A DNA stretch of 64,000 nt, from the NCBI RefSeq assembly GCF_004010195.1, contig NC_057718.1:45969897-46033896 (forward strand), given 5' to 3'. This stretch comes from Chiloscyllium plagiosum (taxonomy: Eukaryota). The notes beneath the pieces are model-generated. The model was given only the letters and a program-made list of their open reading frames with translations, was not told the DNA's origin and ran no database searches. Below are positions 12,501 through 26,053 of the stretch, in pieces (the first letter of the stretch is position 1; the number at the start of each line of letters is the position of its first letter). The translations under genes were made by a program, and so were the position numbers.

Positions 12501-12989
12501 GAAACAAGATACCTCAGATCATGAGTAAACCAAAGAAATGGGAAAAAAAAACATGAAAAGAAAGCAAGAGAAGTGGTATGGAACAAGAACGCTGATAGTA
12601 GAGCAGAAAATCCAGTTAAAGAACAGACAAGCAAAGGGAAAGGTCTTCAGAAGATCACAATAACCAAGGTTTTATATGGTTTACACACTTAAAGGATAAT
12701 TCAGGAGAAATACGCAGACAGTTATTTCACTCAAGTCATGAAGCAAGAGCCAGTGTATTTGACATAGGATGTGGAACAGAAACAATTTTATTACAACAAA
12801 ATACAATTTGCAGATAGTGCAATAGTTCCAGGAGTGATAGAGAACCATCATCATCATGTAGATGCACAGACATGGGACAAGAGTCAGGCAGCTAACCTAC
12901 TTCAAGGATGCATGTTGACATTTTAAATCTCACAATGAGGAACAGAGTACTATAAACAATGATGATGATGCAAAGAGAGGTAAGAAGGC

Positions 12990-14497
12990 AATTTGGGAGG
13001 AAACAAATAATCTGCAAAGGGATTTAGATAAGTTGTGAGTGGGCAAAATATTGGCAGATAAAGTAGATATTGTTTCCTTTGGCATAAAGAATAGAAAAAT
13101 GGAATATTATTTCAATGGAGTGAAACTTCAGAATGCTGCAATATAGAGGAATCTGGCTGTTGTTATATACAAATCATAAAAAGTTAGCATGCAAAAACAA
13201 CAATCACTTAAGAAGTTAATGCAATTCTGACCTTTATTGAAGGAGTAATTGATTATAAAAAGAGGAAAGTCTTGATACATTTGTACACAACATTGGAGTG
13301 ACTACACAGAGAATAGTGTGTATTGATTTTTATCTCCTTACTTAAATAAACATGTTAGAACATTGGAAGCTGTCCAAAGAAGGCAATTCAATCAGCTGAT
13401 TTTTGGAATAAATGAGTTACTAGTGAAGAAACATTGAGCAGGTTTGGGTCTTTGCTCATTGGAGATAAGAAGAATGAGAGGTGATCTTATTGAAACTTTT
13501 AGTGTTCTGAAGGATCTTGACAGGGTAGATTCTAAGAGGAGGTTTCCTCTCATGGGACTACCTAGATTAGCAGTCACAGTTTCAAGGTCTCCCATTTGAG
13601 ATGAGGATGAATTTTGTCTCATCAGAGAGTCATTACTCTTTGGAATTTGTTTCCATGGAAAGCAGTGGAGGTTAAATAATTGAGTATGTTCAAGGCTGAG
13701 TTAGATGGCTTTTGATCAACAAATGAGTTAAGGGTGATTGGGATAAGGCAATTAAGTGCAGTTAAGACTATAATCAGATCAGCCTGACCCTATCAACCAG
13801 GCGTAGACAAGCAGGAGGCTGGAAGAACACAGCATCAGGAGGTGGAGAAGTTGATGTTTTGGGTGTAATCTTTCTTCAGGACTGGGGGTGGGTGTAATAA
13901 AGGGAGCTGTAGATAAAGGGGAGGGGTGCAATGATGAGTTTGGCATAGATGATCACAGGTAGAGGGTATGACCTGGCTGGTCGATAGGAGTAATGAATCT
14001 GGTTGGTAGCTGGAAGGAAGGGTTAATCAGAGGAATGGAAGTGAGGGGGAGGGGCTGGGAAGGGAGGTTATTTAAAATTGGATACTCAATGTTGAGTCCT
14101 CTGGGCTGTAGGCTGCCTAGGTGGAAGGTAAGGTGTTCCTTCAATTTGCAGTCTGATCTGCTGTGGCAATGGAGGAGGCCAAGGATGGCCATGTTGGAAA
14201 GGGAGTGGGAAGAGGAATTAAAATGGGTAGTGACTGGCAGGTCTGGCCTGCCCCTATTCCTACCTCACCACCCCCCCCACCCCACACCATTATCTGCAGG
14301 TCCTTTTACACCCACCCCTAGTCCTCCAGAAGGCTTACATGTGAAATGTTGACTTTTCCATCTCCTGATGCAGCCTGGCTGGCTGTGTTCTTTCAGCCTC
14401 TTGCTTGTTTACTTTGGATTCTAGCATCTGCAGTTTTTTGTGCTATCAATTGGGGAGCAGGCTGAATGGCCTGCTCCTGTTCCTTATAATCTTATGA
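12990..14497 (+). mobile_element. Old CR1 LINE 3' fragment, split by a Penelope insertion
   Basis: RT C-terminal relic (AGAATGAGAGGTGATCTTATTGAAAC). The 3'UTR is interrupted at 13796 and resumes at 14443 (GGCTGAATGGCCTGCTCCTGTTCCT). Confidence 0.75.
13797..14442. mobile_element. Penelope fragment with inverted pLTRs (second PLE family)
   Basis: Minus-strand GIY-YIG C-terminus (LTFHLGSLQPRGLNIEY). Inverted arms at about 13804-13925 and 14281-14412. TSD CTATCAA (13790-13796 / 14443-14449). Confidence 0.8.
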
Positions 14498-14739
14498 TCA
14501 GGTATGTGTACCTAGACAAACCTGTGTTCAGACAGTCAGCCTACTCATCCCTCTGAGGTCTCCCTATCCTTCCCATGATGCCCCCAGCTTTCACCAAGCC
14601 AACACCCCTGCCAAATCTCCAGGCTTCTTACCTCTTGCCTCAACCTGCTATCTTCCTGTCCACCCCTTGCATCTCCTATTTGCTTTCAACTCTCTCTGGA
14701 TCCCAAGATTGAATTCCAAACAGAGGCCCTGGATCAACT

Positions 14740-15750
14740 GTCCAATTCCAATCAATGCTTTCCTCTTGGTTTGGGCAAACCATTCCTCTCCGATGGTAAG
14801 GTGGACTCACTTCACTCCCTAAAGCCTGCATTCCATTCTCCCAATTTCTCTTATTCCAATGATGCAAGCTCCAACAGGATGCAACCACTAGACACCTATT
14901 CCCATTCCCTTCCCATTCTGCAGGGATGTTCCCTCCAGGACACCTTGGTCCTCTCCTTCTCCAGTCATGACACTTCCACAGCACCTCTGGATGCAATAAC
15001 AGAAGATGTAACTCCTGTGTTTACTTCCTCCATCCTCACTACCCAAGACCCCAGACACAACTTTGCGTGGTGGCCCCAGCCTTCACCAACCCACCAAGCC
15101 ATTTACCTGTACTTCACTCCAGCTACTCTGTGGCATTCGCTGCTCACAGTGTGGTCTCCTCCACATTGGGTAGATGAAGCGCAGAGCGGGCGATCACTTT
15201 GTAGAATACTTATGTTCTGTTCACTAAAATGACATTGAGCTGTGAGTTACCTGTCATTTTCCACTGTGTTCCATGGTCAACATCTCTGTCTCAAGCTTGC
15301 TGCAGTGCTCCAGCGAAGCTCAGCATATGCTGGAAAAACAGCACCTCATTTTCTGTTCAGGACCCTGCAGCCTTCAGGAGTCAATATCAAGTTCAATAAT
15401 TTTAGAGCACACTAGGCCTTCTCATCAGATGGGCTGCTACCATAAACAACCCTTTATCAGCTACTTATGGTCCCAGTTAGCAGCAATTAATTCTCCCAGG
15501 CTGACCTTTACCCATTCCTTTGTCTGTCCAACTGTTGTTCTCTCTTTTGGGCTCCATCTCCACCTATCATTTACTTCCCACCTTGATACTAATCCTTTCC
15601 TAGCTACAATCAGTTCAGGTCTAGTGATCCTTTTTCAGAAACATTAATACTGTTTTCTCTCGACAGATGTTACCAGACCTACTGATTTTCTCTTACAATT
15701 TCTGTCTTTGTTTCTGATTTCCAGCATCTGCGTTCTTTGCTTTTTTTTCC
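14740..15750 (+). mobile_element. Decayed Penelope 3' fragment with old-type pLTR
   Basis: Similar to GIY-YIG region (CTCCTCCACATTGGG...LEKQHLIF). Ends in CCAGCATCTGCGTTCTTTGCTTTT. Confidence 0.65.
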
Positions 15751-15828
15751 TCACTTCACACTCCATCTGGGTGTGGGCTTGCAGCTTTCTCTCGATTGCT
15801 CCTCATCTGACTGGAAGCTAATCTGATC

Positions 15829-16907
15829 TGTTCCCAGGACGACCATTCCCACCGTAGAACACACCAGATGGCCGCCTCCTTGAAAGACTGCAAATTCCCC
15901 TCCCATGTGGTTGATGATGCCCTCCAGTGCATCTCATCCACTTCCCGCACCTCTGTCCTTGAACGCCACCCCTCCAATTGCAACAAGGACACAACCCCCC
16001 CCCCCCCCCAGTCCTCACCTTCCACCCCACCAACCTCCATATACATCGTATCATCCTCCGCTATTTCTGCTACCTACAAACAGACCCCACCACCAGAGAT
16101 ATATTTCCCTCCCCACCCCTATCTGCTTTCACCAAAGACCATTACCTCCGTGAATACCTCGTCAGGTCCATGCCCTATAACAGCCCACCCTTAACTCCTG
16201 GAACCTTGCCCTGCCACTGCAGGAATTGCAAAACCTGCACCAACACCTGCTCCCTATCTCTGTCCAAGGCCCCAAAAGAGCCTTCCACATCCATCAAAGT
16301 TTCACCTACATTTCCACAAATTTACTGTATCTGTTGCAGTGTCCTCTATATTGGGGAGACAGGACGCCTACTTGCAGAGCAGTTCAGCGAACAACTCCTG
16401 GACATCCGCACCAATCAACCTCACCACTCCATGGCCGAACATTTCAACTCTGCCAAGGGCATGCAGGTCCTGGGCCTCCTCCACCGCCATTCCCTTACCA
16501 CCCGACACCTGAAGGAAGAATGTTTCATCTTCCACCTAAGGATCCTCCAACCCCATGGCACCAATGTGGATTTTACCAGTTTCCTCATTTCCCTTCCACC
16601 CACCTTACCCCAGTTCCAACCTTCCAGCTCAGCACCGCCCTCATCACCCGTCCCATCTATCCGCTCCACCCTCCTCTCTGACTTATCACCTTTACTCCAC
16701 CTATTGCATTCTCAGCTACCTCCCCCAGCCCCACCCTTCCTCCCATTTATCTCTCCACTCCCAAGGGTCCCAGCCTCATTCCTGATGAGGGGCTTTTGCC
16801 CAAAACATCGATTTTCCTGCTCCTCATATGCTGCCTGGCCGGCTGCGCTTTTCCAGCACCACTCTCTTGGCACTAATGTCCAGCATCTGCAGTACTCACT
16901 TTTGCCT
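15829..16907 (+). mobile_element. 5'-truncated Penelope element (RT thumb, linker, GIY-YIG, pLTR)
   Basis: ORF 15978-16913 contains PVLTFHP, CxCxNCKTC, IYCICC..LYIGETGRLL and EHFN. Perfect 13-bp TSD AGCTAATCTGATC (15816-15828 / 16908-16920). Hammerhead core at 16782 has GAAA changed to AAAA. Confidence 0.92.
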
Positions 16908-18329
16908 AGCTAATCTGATCAGTTAGCTCAGGAAACAGTAGTAATGTTACAGGCATGCTATAGAATTCCTATGTTCTAGTTCCTCTTGCTGTACTCGGCT
17001 CCCATTCCTGGCAAGTGACATATGTCAATATTTAGACAAGTATATTATAGAGAAGTGGCTTCATTCAACAAGAAGCAAAATTGTAACATAGCACAGGCTC
17101 AGTCAACAAGGAGCAGCACCTGATCTTGTAGACAGTCTTCATTTTACTTTCAGAAAGATGGAATTATTGGTCTCCTGAGCACCTTGGAGGACTCTTCACT
17201 TGAGGATTATTCTGAAACAACGAAAACCTCTTATGAATAAAATCTGTCGAAGGTCAGAATGGATAAAGCTCTATAATGTTCATACTTTCCATATATTACA
17301 ATTCACTGTTGTAATGAAAGCAAAAAAAAATGTCACTGTGATACTGAAATCAGCACTTATGACCCAGACTAAAACATTGTTGCGTGAAGTTATTAATGTT
17401 TGGCTTCTTCCTTTATCCAACTTTGTCTGCAGAGAATATCAACATTAATTCAATGAGAACACACTGGTTATGATATTCCAGGTCTGCAACTTTTACCAAA
17501 ATATAAATTGCATTTTTATTATTTGCAAACTATTGGGCTATTATTTAATGGGAACAACTATTTCTTCAACATTTTGATAATGTAACTATTTCTTAATTTT
17601 TGGGATTGATATTGATTTTCTAAAGGATCATTGATCATGCATATTGGTATTTCAAAGAAGCAAAGTTTTAACCAATAGCTTATGATAGCTTCCTAGGATG
17701 AATGAGAAATCATTTTTGCCTAATTTTCATAATCATTCCTATAAATCATATATTTTTGTTAAGCTCTTGATAAGCACAAGACCCATTTTGATGAGTAACA
17801 GCTTAACTTTGTTGTTGTACCTGAAGTGGCAGCTAAATGAAGTAATTGAAAAGATTGTGAGAAATTTGGTTGCTTGCTTATCAAAGTAATTATTTTTATT
17901 AGTTAAGGTTTCATTGAAGAACCAAGAATAAGTCAGTAAATAATTTTTCCAGATCTTGCATTACTTTAATGCGGGGGCCATAGGGATTTGCTTGAGGTTC
18001 CCTCCAGAAGGATAAGTAATCCTAATTCTTCCATATTTCATAATGTTTTTTGGCCTTCCCTGATCAACTCTCGCTGGAAGGCAGGTTTCAGAACTGGCCT
18101 GACACTGGGAGTCAGACTTTCCTAGAGGAGGCACGAATTGAAAAATTTTGAATGGAGAACCGATCCCTGGTGGGAACAATAAGCAGCTAATTAGGACCTT
18201 AATTGGCTAATGAAGGGTCTACTGTTAGATCAGAGGCAGCCAACCTCAGAAATGGGTCACATAAATTGCAGTTTGACAGCCATTTCTGTGGCTGCTGGTT
18301 ATAAGTTCAAACAAAGTGATGACGAATCA

Positions 18330-19075
18330 ATTTAAACATGCTGAGTGAGTGGGCAAGGTCAAGGCAGATGGGATATAATATAGAAAACATGAAGGAAAAA
18401 CGGAAATGCAGGTCAGTTTTAAAATGGTGAAAGGTTGGGAAGTGTTGATGTCCAAAGGCACTTGGATGTCTTGTTTATAAATCATTGAAGGCTAACATGC
18501 TATTGGGGCAAACAAAATTGGGAAGGTAAATATACTGTCCTTTACTGCAAGAGGATTTGAGTACAGGAGAAAAGAACTCTTGCTGCAGCTGTGCAACAAG
18601 AATGCTGCACCCAAAGGGAACATAACAAGAGTTTGAGAGACTATTTCCTATGTCATGATTGTCCTATGAGGAGAGATTGAAAGACTGTGCTCGTATTCTG
18701 TCAAGTTTAGAACAATGAGAAGTGATGTCATTGACGTATACAAAAATTCTTACAATACTGAACAAGGTAGATGCAATAAGGATTTACTCCTTTGTTGAGA
18801 GAACTAGGACCAGGAGACAATCTCAGAATAAGCGATAGGACAGTTAACATGAAAATGAGGAGGATTATATTCACTTAAGGGGTGGTGAATCCTTAGAATT
18901 CTCTACCTCAGAAAGTTTGCTCCATTGTTTGGTATTTTTAAGCCAAAAATTGTTAGATTGGTTGATATTTAAGAAAGGGATAGTGCAGGAAGGTGCCTTG
19001 GAGGCAGAAGGTCAGCCACAATCTATTTGAATGGCATAGCAGGTTTGAGCATCTTCCTCCAGTTCCTATTTCACA
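18330..19075 (+). mobile_element. Old CR1 LINE 3' fragment
   Basis: Degenerate RT C-terminus and 3'UTR homologous to other CR1 copies (GAGTGAGTGGGCAAGG...GCAGATG; AATGAGAAGTGATGTCATTGA). Confidence 0.7.
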
Positions 19076-21001
19076 TGCTTTTACTGCAACATAAATGGCC
19101 TGTTAGTGAGGGGAGACTGGAGACCAGAGACCTACATAACTCTACCTTCATAAATATTGTTGGCAGATGGAAGTGGGATATCCAGCTGCACAACCACCAC
19201 TTTTTCTCGATAATTTGGTTCCTATTGTTTTGACCTGTGTCAAGTTGCTAAAATCTGACCCTGTGCAGCCCTGCTACCAATTTGGTTGATATTTAAGTGA
19301 CTTCTTCAGACCCTGACATTAAAGTATTAATGAAGTGCTTGATGTCCTGTGATGGGTGGCTCTATTGCTATCAAAAGGCCAGTATTTTGGTGGCAGACAC
19401 AAGTATGTGTGGAATGCAGTAAAAAGCACTCAAATGCGATTTTAGCCACATACTCAAAGTGTTTAATTCAGGTCTCTCGAGTTGTCAGATGTTTTGATAT
19501 ATTAGTATACCAAGTTAATATATTTGCAAAGTAAACATAATTTGATGTCTGCCAGCCACTAAGTTGATATGACTCATATTCATTTTTCAACAGACTCAAA
19601 TAAATGCAGAACGCTGGATTTGACTATGGACCTCAGAAGTGAGAAGTTAGTATGCTAAATTAAATGGTACAATCCATTAAAAAATGTAAAAGTATGGTAA
19701 AAGAAAATTGGTATTACTGAAGAGCATTCATATTTAAAACCATACACTGCAATATTCTAAAACTTCTTTATTCAAGTTAGAGGTCAAAAGGTAAAAGAGA
19801 TTTAGATGCCCATCATCATGAATATTTTAAAGGATATAACTTCCTTCTGTTGTTAAGAGATCTATGTGTTGACCCTATTTGTTTCTTCAGGGTAAGACGG
19901 TGGCTGACTGATGAATACAAAATAATTATCAGACAAAAGGCATTGAAGCTTAGAGGAAGACAAGGCAACCTACTTTGGTTTCTTTGTTCAGTACCTGGAG
20001 AATCAAAGGAAAACAGACACTTGCTGAAAGGGAGTAGAAATGCACTGGAACAGAAACTATTGTTCTTCTTGATGCTGTGGAAATAATGAGAGAGCAAGTA
20101 AGTTTCGGAAGGTTGAAGCCATGAATTGTCGCATAATGTGGAATATAATTTTCCATGTGTATAATATTTAGTTTTCACTTAGTTTGCAGGTCTTACTGAA
20201 AATACATCCTTCAGTTTTGACTAATGTTTAATGTAAGGATAATTAGAGGGAAGTGGAAAATGTCAACACACTAGCTTGCCTTTGCTGCAGAGGACGGTAA
20301 TGTGAACTTTTCCTAAGACAAATTCTTTCATCGCCCCGTTAGACCGAGCACTTTAATGAGAAGCCAGTTTCAATGCAATACAAACCCCTTGTGACTGCTG
20401 AAGGGAGGCTGATTATATTGTAAATGCATTTTTATAGAATACAAATATATTTGCCCAGTTGAAATAGTGCCATTGGAGCAATTATCAATGTTAGAAACAC
20501 ACAGTGCAAAAAGAGTTTGAATATTCATTTAAAATTAATTGAAAAAAGTAAGAGAATGTTCTGAACTCTATTTGCAGTGAAAGTGGGCCAGATTTTTTAA
20601 AAATCTGTTTTCTATATTACTGCCTTAGGTACAAAGAAACAAATTTGATGCAAAAAATCCATAAGAAGGGAAATACAACATTTGGATTTTAAACTGGTTA
20701 AACTGGTGATGCAGTATGTCTCATTATACAGTTAATGTGTTCTAAAGAGCAGGTGTTGAACAAGTATACAAGTTAACAATGTAAAGATAATGGACTGATG
20801 ATGGACAGTCGTCAATCATATTCATTGCAGTATCAAAAGCGACAGCTCTGTGCGTACAGACTTAATGGTGTATTTACCTGGGATGCAACACATTGTATCA
20901 ACCGTCAGAATCCACATTGTTTTTTCCTGATGTCTCATTTTTGTCAAATGAACCAGGCAATTGTGCACCCCTTGAATCCAACACCTAACCAATTTACAGT
21001 A

Positions 21002-21200
21002 ACAAACACAGAGAATGCTGAAGAAACACAGCAGATCTGGCAAATCTGTGAAGAGAGAAACAGAATTCATGTTCTAAAGATGTCATATCAGATTTGCAAC
21101 ATTAGCACTGTTTCTTTCTCCACAGGTGCAGCCAGACCTGCTGAGCTTCTCCAGCATTCTGTCTTGTTTCAGATTCCTGCCTCCACAGTATTTGCTATTC
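21002..21200. mobile_element. Old fold-back Penelope pLTR element
   Basis: Inverted arms ACAGAGAATGCTGAAGAAACACAGCAGATCTGGC / GCCAGACCTGCTGAGCTTCTCCAGCATTCTGT. Confidence 0.7.
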
Positions 21201-21835
21201 TTAATCAAATTACACTCTATATAATTTCTGTTCACAATAATTTAACACATAAATGACATTCACACCATTCTAGCATGAGCTTTTATACATAAATATTATA
21301 TTCTTTAGAATGTGAAGCAATGAGCTTTGCCTTTGCACACAGCATACTGTATGCTGCTGAACATAATAACTGCCAGGTGCCTATTGTCAATTCATGTTTT
21401 GGCTGTGTATAATATGAATGTGAGGCCATGACAAAAATGTCCATCTTTTTTGAAGAAAAATAATCAATGTCATTTATTAATAATAGTTACAGTGGTGAAT
21501 GTTTGGCACAGAAATGAAAGAGAAAGAGAAACATAGTGATACATGTCCAAGAACCTAACATAAACACCAAATTTAATGTTAGAGATCTCTGAGAAAATTG
21601 CAATCAGTGCAGACTGTCCTTGGTGCTATGAGGCCCATGTTCTGCATATACTAATGGCATCAGAGTGTCACAGTAAGCCAAGCCTCACACTGCAATCCCT
21701 TCAGCCAAAATGCATCCTCCATTCCATAGGAAAGCTGCAGCAAACATCCTCCCATGCGGCCAACTTCTCTCTCTTAGGCTCATAATTGTTGTCTTAGACT
21801 ATGTAGTCACCAACCTCACTCTCATTCTGCTAAAA

Positions 21836-22122
21836 GATTAGATTAGATTCCCTATAGTGTGGAAACAGGCCCTTCGGCCCAACCAGTCCACACTGACCCT
21901 CCAAAGAGTAACCCACTCATTTCCCTCTGACTAATGCACCTAGCACTATGGGCAATTTAGCATGGCCAATTCACCTGACCTGCACATCTTTGGACTGTGG
22001 GAGGAAACCCATGCAGACACAAGGAGAATGTGCAAACTCCACACAGACAGTCACCCGAGGCTGGAATCAAACCTGGGACCTTGGTACCATGAGGTAACTG
22101 TGCCAACCACTGAGCCACCATG
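21836..22122 (-). mobile_element. HE1-type SINE
   Basis: Reverse complement of the HE1 body with a (GATTA)n tail at 21836. Confidence 0.9.
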
Positions 22123-22277
22123 GGCATTGCTTGGTGTTATCTCATCTCAGGAGTATTTGCAATATTACCAGGATTTGTTGTGTATTCACCAGTTTTTAGC
22201 ATTCTTTTAAATATTGATTTCCCTCCCTGCAGTGCAGAGATGATGCTAGTTCTGTGTCTGCAACGGGTTTATTTATT

Positions 22278-22646
22278 GTCATAGAGTCATAGAGATGTCC
22301 AGCAAGGAAACCGATCCTTTTGAACCAACTCGTCCATGCCAACCAAATATCCTAACCTAATCTCGACCCATTTGCCAACACTTAGCTCATATCCCTTTAA
22401 ACCCTTCCTATTCATATACCCATCCAGATGCCTTTCAAATGTTGTAATTGTTACCAGCCTCAACCACTTCCCTAGCAGCTCATTTCATGCATGCATCACT
22501 CTCTGCTTGAAGAAGTTGCCCCTTAGGTCCCTTTTACATCTTTTCCCTCTCACCCTTAACCTATGCCCTCTAGTTCTAGACTTCTCCACCCCAATGAAAA
22601 GACCTTGTCTATTTACCCTATCCATGCCCCTCATGATTCTATAAAC
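22278..22646 (-). mobile_element. CR1/HER1 LINE 3' fragment
   Basis: Begins GTCATAGAGTCATAGAG (tail repeat) and is homologous to 59780-60145. Confidence 0.9.
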
Positions 22647-22649
22647 TTT

Positions 22650-23126
22650 GGTACCGAAGTGTCTAGTTTAATAACAGAAGGGGAGTGGCCAGTTTTCCCA
22701 GTTCAAGCTTATCCCAGTTTGTTTTAGCTGTAGCAGTTACAAGATATGTGAGTCCAGAAGAGTAGCAAGTTTCAGTAAAGAATTCCTCTGACTTTCTCTG
22801 AAATCTCTCTAGATGTCGTTCCCTCCTGTCTGTGAGAATCTGTGTTTGAATTTATCTTTCTGCCAAGGGGTGTGTTTATGGGATGTTACTGTATTGGGAC
22901 AGTTAATCAGTAAGAGTTACTTAGAGGTCAGTTAAGTTTTCTAATAGTTAGGTTATTCTAAATTCTGCTTTCTTTTGTTCATGCTTCAACTGTAGTGTTT
23001 AAATAAATTCTATTTTTCTTAAAGCTAAATGGTTTGACTAGCTGGATTACACCTATCCTTAAAATAAGAAGGTAGGGTCAAGGTTACCTTAAAATATTTT
23101 AAGGGGGTCTGACCTAGTCCATAACA
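22650..23126 (+). mobile_element. Probable partial solo LTR (Gypsy-type)
   Basis: AATAAA at about 23002 and an LTR-like terminus ...GGTCTGACCTAGTCCATAACA. The 5' TG end was not found. Confidence 0.5.
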
Positions 23127-23298
23127 TCTAAGTAAAGATATATACTAAGTGACCAGCTCTGGGGGAAAATAAATTTAAAACACATCTCTGGAGGTTCAGA
23201 GATGGTGAGAAGGGTGTGGGTTGCTGACTGAATCTGAGGAAGGAGGCCATTGCAGAATGGGCCAGGTGAATAACTCATTCAAATTACGCTAAGTGTGA

Positions 23299-23396
23299 AT
23301 GGCACAGTGGCTCAGTGGTTAACATTGTTGCCTCACTGCTTCAGGGACCTGTGTTCCATTCCCTTCGTGACTGTGTAGAGTTCACATATTGTCCAG
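23299..23396 (+). mobile_element. HE1-type SINE 5' half (split by CR1)
   Basis: TGGCACAGTGGCTCAGTGGTTAACATTGTTGCCTCAC head. The body resumes at about 26052. Confidence 0.8.
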
Positions 23397-26053
23397 GGAG
23401 CAACCACCTCATTGGGGGTTTTCTAACAGATCCCCTAATAGCAGTTGGGAGATTGAAGAACTCATAGGCTGGCAGATTTTGGAACAGTGCAGATATAGCA
23501 GGGTTGTTGTTATGGGTGACTTTAACTTTCCCAATATTGACTAGAATCTCCTTAGTGCAGATGGTTTGGATGGAGCCGTTTTTGTCAGATGTGTTCAGAA
23601 GGGTTTCCTTACTCAGTATGTATAACAGGCTGGCGAGGGGAGAGGTCATTTTGGATTTGGTGCTCGGCAATGAGCCAGGACAGGTATCAGATCTCGCGGT
23701 GGGAGAACACTTTGGTGATAGTGACATCAACTGACCAAAGCTATGGAGAGGGAAAGGAGCAGTTACCATGGCAAGATATTTAATTGGGGAAAAGGAAATT
23801 ATGACGCTATCAGGCAGGAGTTGGGAAGTACAAATTGGGATCAATTGTTCCACAGAAAGGGCACAACAGACAAATGGAAACTGTTTAAGGAACAGTTGTC
23901 ATGAGTGATGCATAAATTTGTTCCTCTGAGACAGGCAAGAAGGGGTAAGATTAAGGAGCCTTGAATGACGAGAACAGATGAGCTTCTCGTCAAAAGGAAG
24001 AAGGCAGCTTAAGTAAGGTGGAGGAAGCAAGGATATAGCACAGCTTTAGAGGATTACAGGCTTACTAGAAAGGAACTCAAAAATGGACTGAAGAGAGCCA
24101 GGAGAGAGCACAAAAAAGGCTTTGTGGGAAGGATTAGGGAGAACCCAAAGGTATTTTACTCATACGTGAGGAATAACAGAATGATCAGGGAGAAGGTAAG
24201 GCTGGTCAGGGATAGCATAGGGAACTTGTGCGTGGAATCTGAACAGATAGGAGAAGCCCTAAATGAGTTTTTTGCTTCAGTTTTCACTAAGGAAAGGGAC
24301 CTTGTTGTGAATGAGAACTTTGAGGAACCGGGAAGCAGGCTTGAACAGATCGAGATTGAAGAAGTTGATGTGCTGGAAATTTTGGCAAACACTGATTGAT
24401 AAGTCCCTAGGGCCAGACCAAATTTATCCTAGGTTGCTCCAGGAAGTGAGAAAGGAGGTTGCTAAGCTGCTGGCAAACATATTTGCTTCCTCACTCTCCA
24501 CTGGAGTCGTATCAGAGGATTGGAGGGAGGCAATTGTAGTTCCTCTTTTCAAGAAGGGGAATAGGAAAATTCCTGGCTGTGCTAACTTACCCCATTAGTA
24601 GCCAGGGATGTGCAAACTATGTGGATTAGCTGTGGTAAATGCAAGGTTATGGGGTTAGGGTGGGGGGTCTGGATCTGGATGGGATGCTCTTCAGAGGATC
24701 AGTCAGACCAGTCAGTCTTACATCTGTGATCAGCAAGGTTTTGGAAAAAATTCTGAGGGATAGTATTTATGACTATTTGGAAAAGCATAATGTGATTAAA
24801 AACAGTCAGTGTGGCTTTGTGATGGGTGGGTCATGCCTCACAAATCTTATTGAGTTTTTTGAGGAGGTGATAGTGACAAGACAGGTTGATGAAGGTTAGG
24901 CAGTGGATGTGGTGTATATGGACTTCAGCAAGGCATTTGGTAAGGTTCCTCATGGTAGGCTCATTCATAAAGTCAGGAGGTATGGGATACAGGGAGATTT
25001 GGCTGTATGGATTTAGAATTGATTGGCTGACAGAGGCAGAGAGGGTTGTTAATGGAAAGTATTCTGCCTGGAGGATGTGGTGAGTGGTGTCCCGCAGGAC
25101 ACTGTTCTTGGGCCTCTGCTCTTTGTAGTATTTATAAATGACGTGGATGAGGAGGTTGAGGGGTGGGTTAGTAAGTTTGCTGATTACACAAAGGTTGGAG
25201 GTGCCATTGATAGTATCGAGGGCTGTTGCAGGCTGCAGAGCGACATAGACAGGATACAGAGTTGGGCTGAGAAATGGCAGATGGAGGTCAACCTGGATAA
25301 ATGTGAAATGATGCATTTTGGAAGGTCGAACTTGAATGCTGAATATAGGTTTAAAGACGGGATTCTTAGCAGTGTAGAGGAACAGCAGTATCTTGGTGTT
25401 CAAGTGCATAAATCTCTCAAAATTGCCACCCAAGGGGATTGGGTTGTTAAGAAAACATATGGTGCTTTGGCTTTCATTAACAGGGGATCAAGTTTAAGAG
25501 CTGTGAGGTTTTTCTGCAGCTCTACAAGTCCCTGGCGAGGCCACACTTGGAATATTGTGGTCGCCCTATTATAGGAAAGATATGGAGGCTTTAGAGAGTG
25601 TGCAAAGAAAGTTTACCAGGATGCTGCCTGGACTGGAGGGCTTGTCTTACGAAGAAAGTTTGACTAAGCTCGGACTTTTCTGTCTGGAGAGAAGGAGGAA
25701 GAGAGGTGACCTGATCGAGGTGTATAAGCTAATGAGAGGCATGGATAAAGTTGATAGCCAGAGACTTTTCCCCAGGGCAGGATTGACTTCCACGAGGGTT
25801 CATAGTTTTAAGGTGTTAGGAGGAAAGTATCGAGGAGATGTCTGAGGTAGGTTCTTTTCGCAGAAAGTTATGAATGCATGGAATGCATTGCCAGCAGTGG
25901 TGGTGGAAGCTGAGACATTAGGGACATGCACATGGATAGCAGTGAATTGAGGGGTGTGGAGGTTAAGTTATTTTATTTTAGATTAGGATTAATCCTCGGC
26001 ACAACATTGTGGACTGAGGGGCCTGTTCTGTGCTGTACTTTTCTATGTTCTAT
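23397..26053 (+). mobile_element. 5'-truncated CR1 LINE (APE C-terminus, RT, 3'UTR), ORF2 disrupted
   Basis: Motifs ILDLVLGNEPGQV, ENPKVFYSYV, SCLTNLIEFFEEV, VSGVPQDTVLGPLLF..INDVD, KFADYTK, RGDLIEVYK. Tail TTCTATGTTCTAT. Confidence 0.95.
24574..24703 (+). repeat. 130-bp direct local duplication of 26123-26252 inserted in CR1 ORF2
   Basis: Ungapped match, 6 mismatches in 130, all transitions. Confidence 0.9.

Larger units (their letters stand above)
10330..12900 (+). mobile_element. Highly decayed Ty3/Gypsy LTR retrotransposon internal region (boundaries uncertain)
   Basis: Clear integrase relic at 12090-12500 with purine-rich gag/pol-like flanks, interrupted by an HE1 SINE. Confidence 0.55.
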
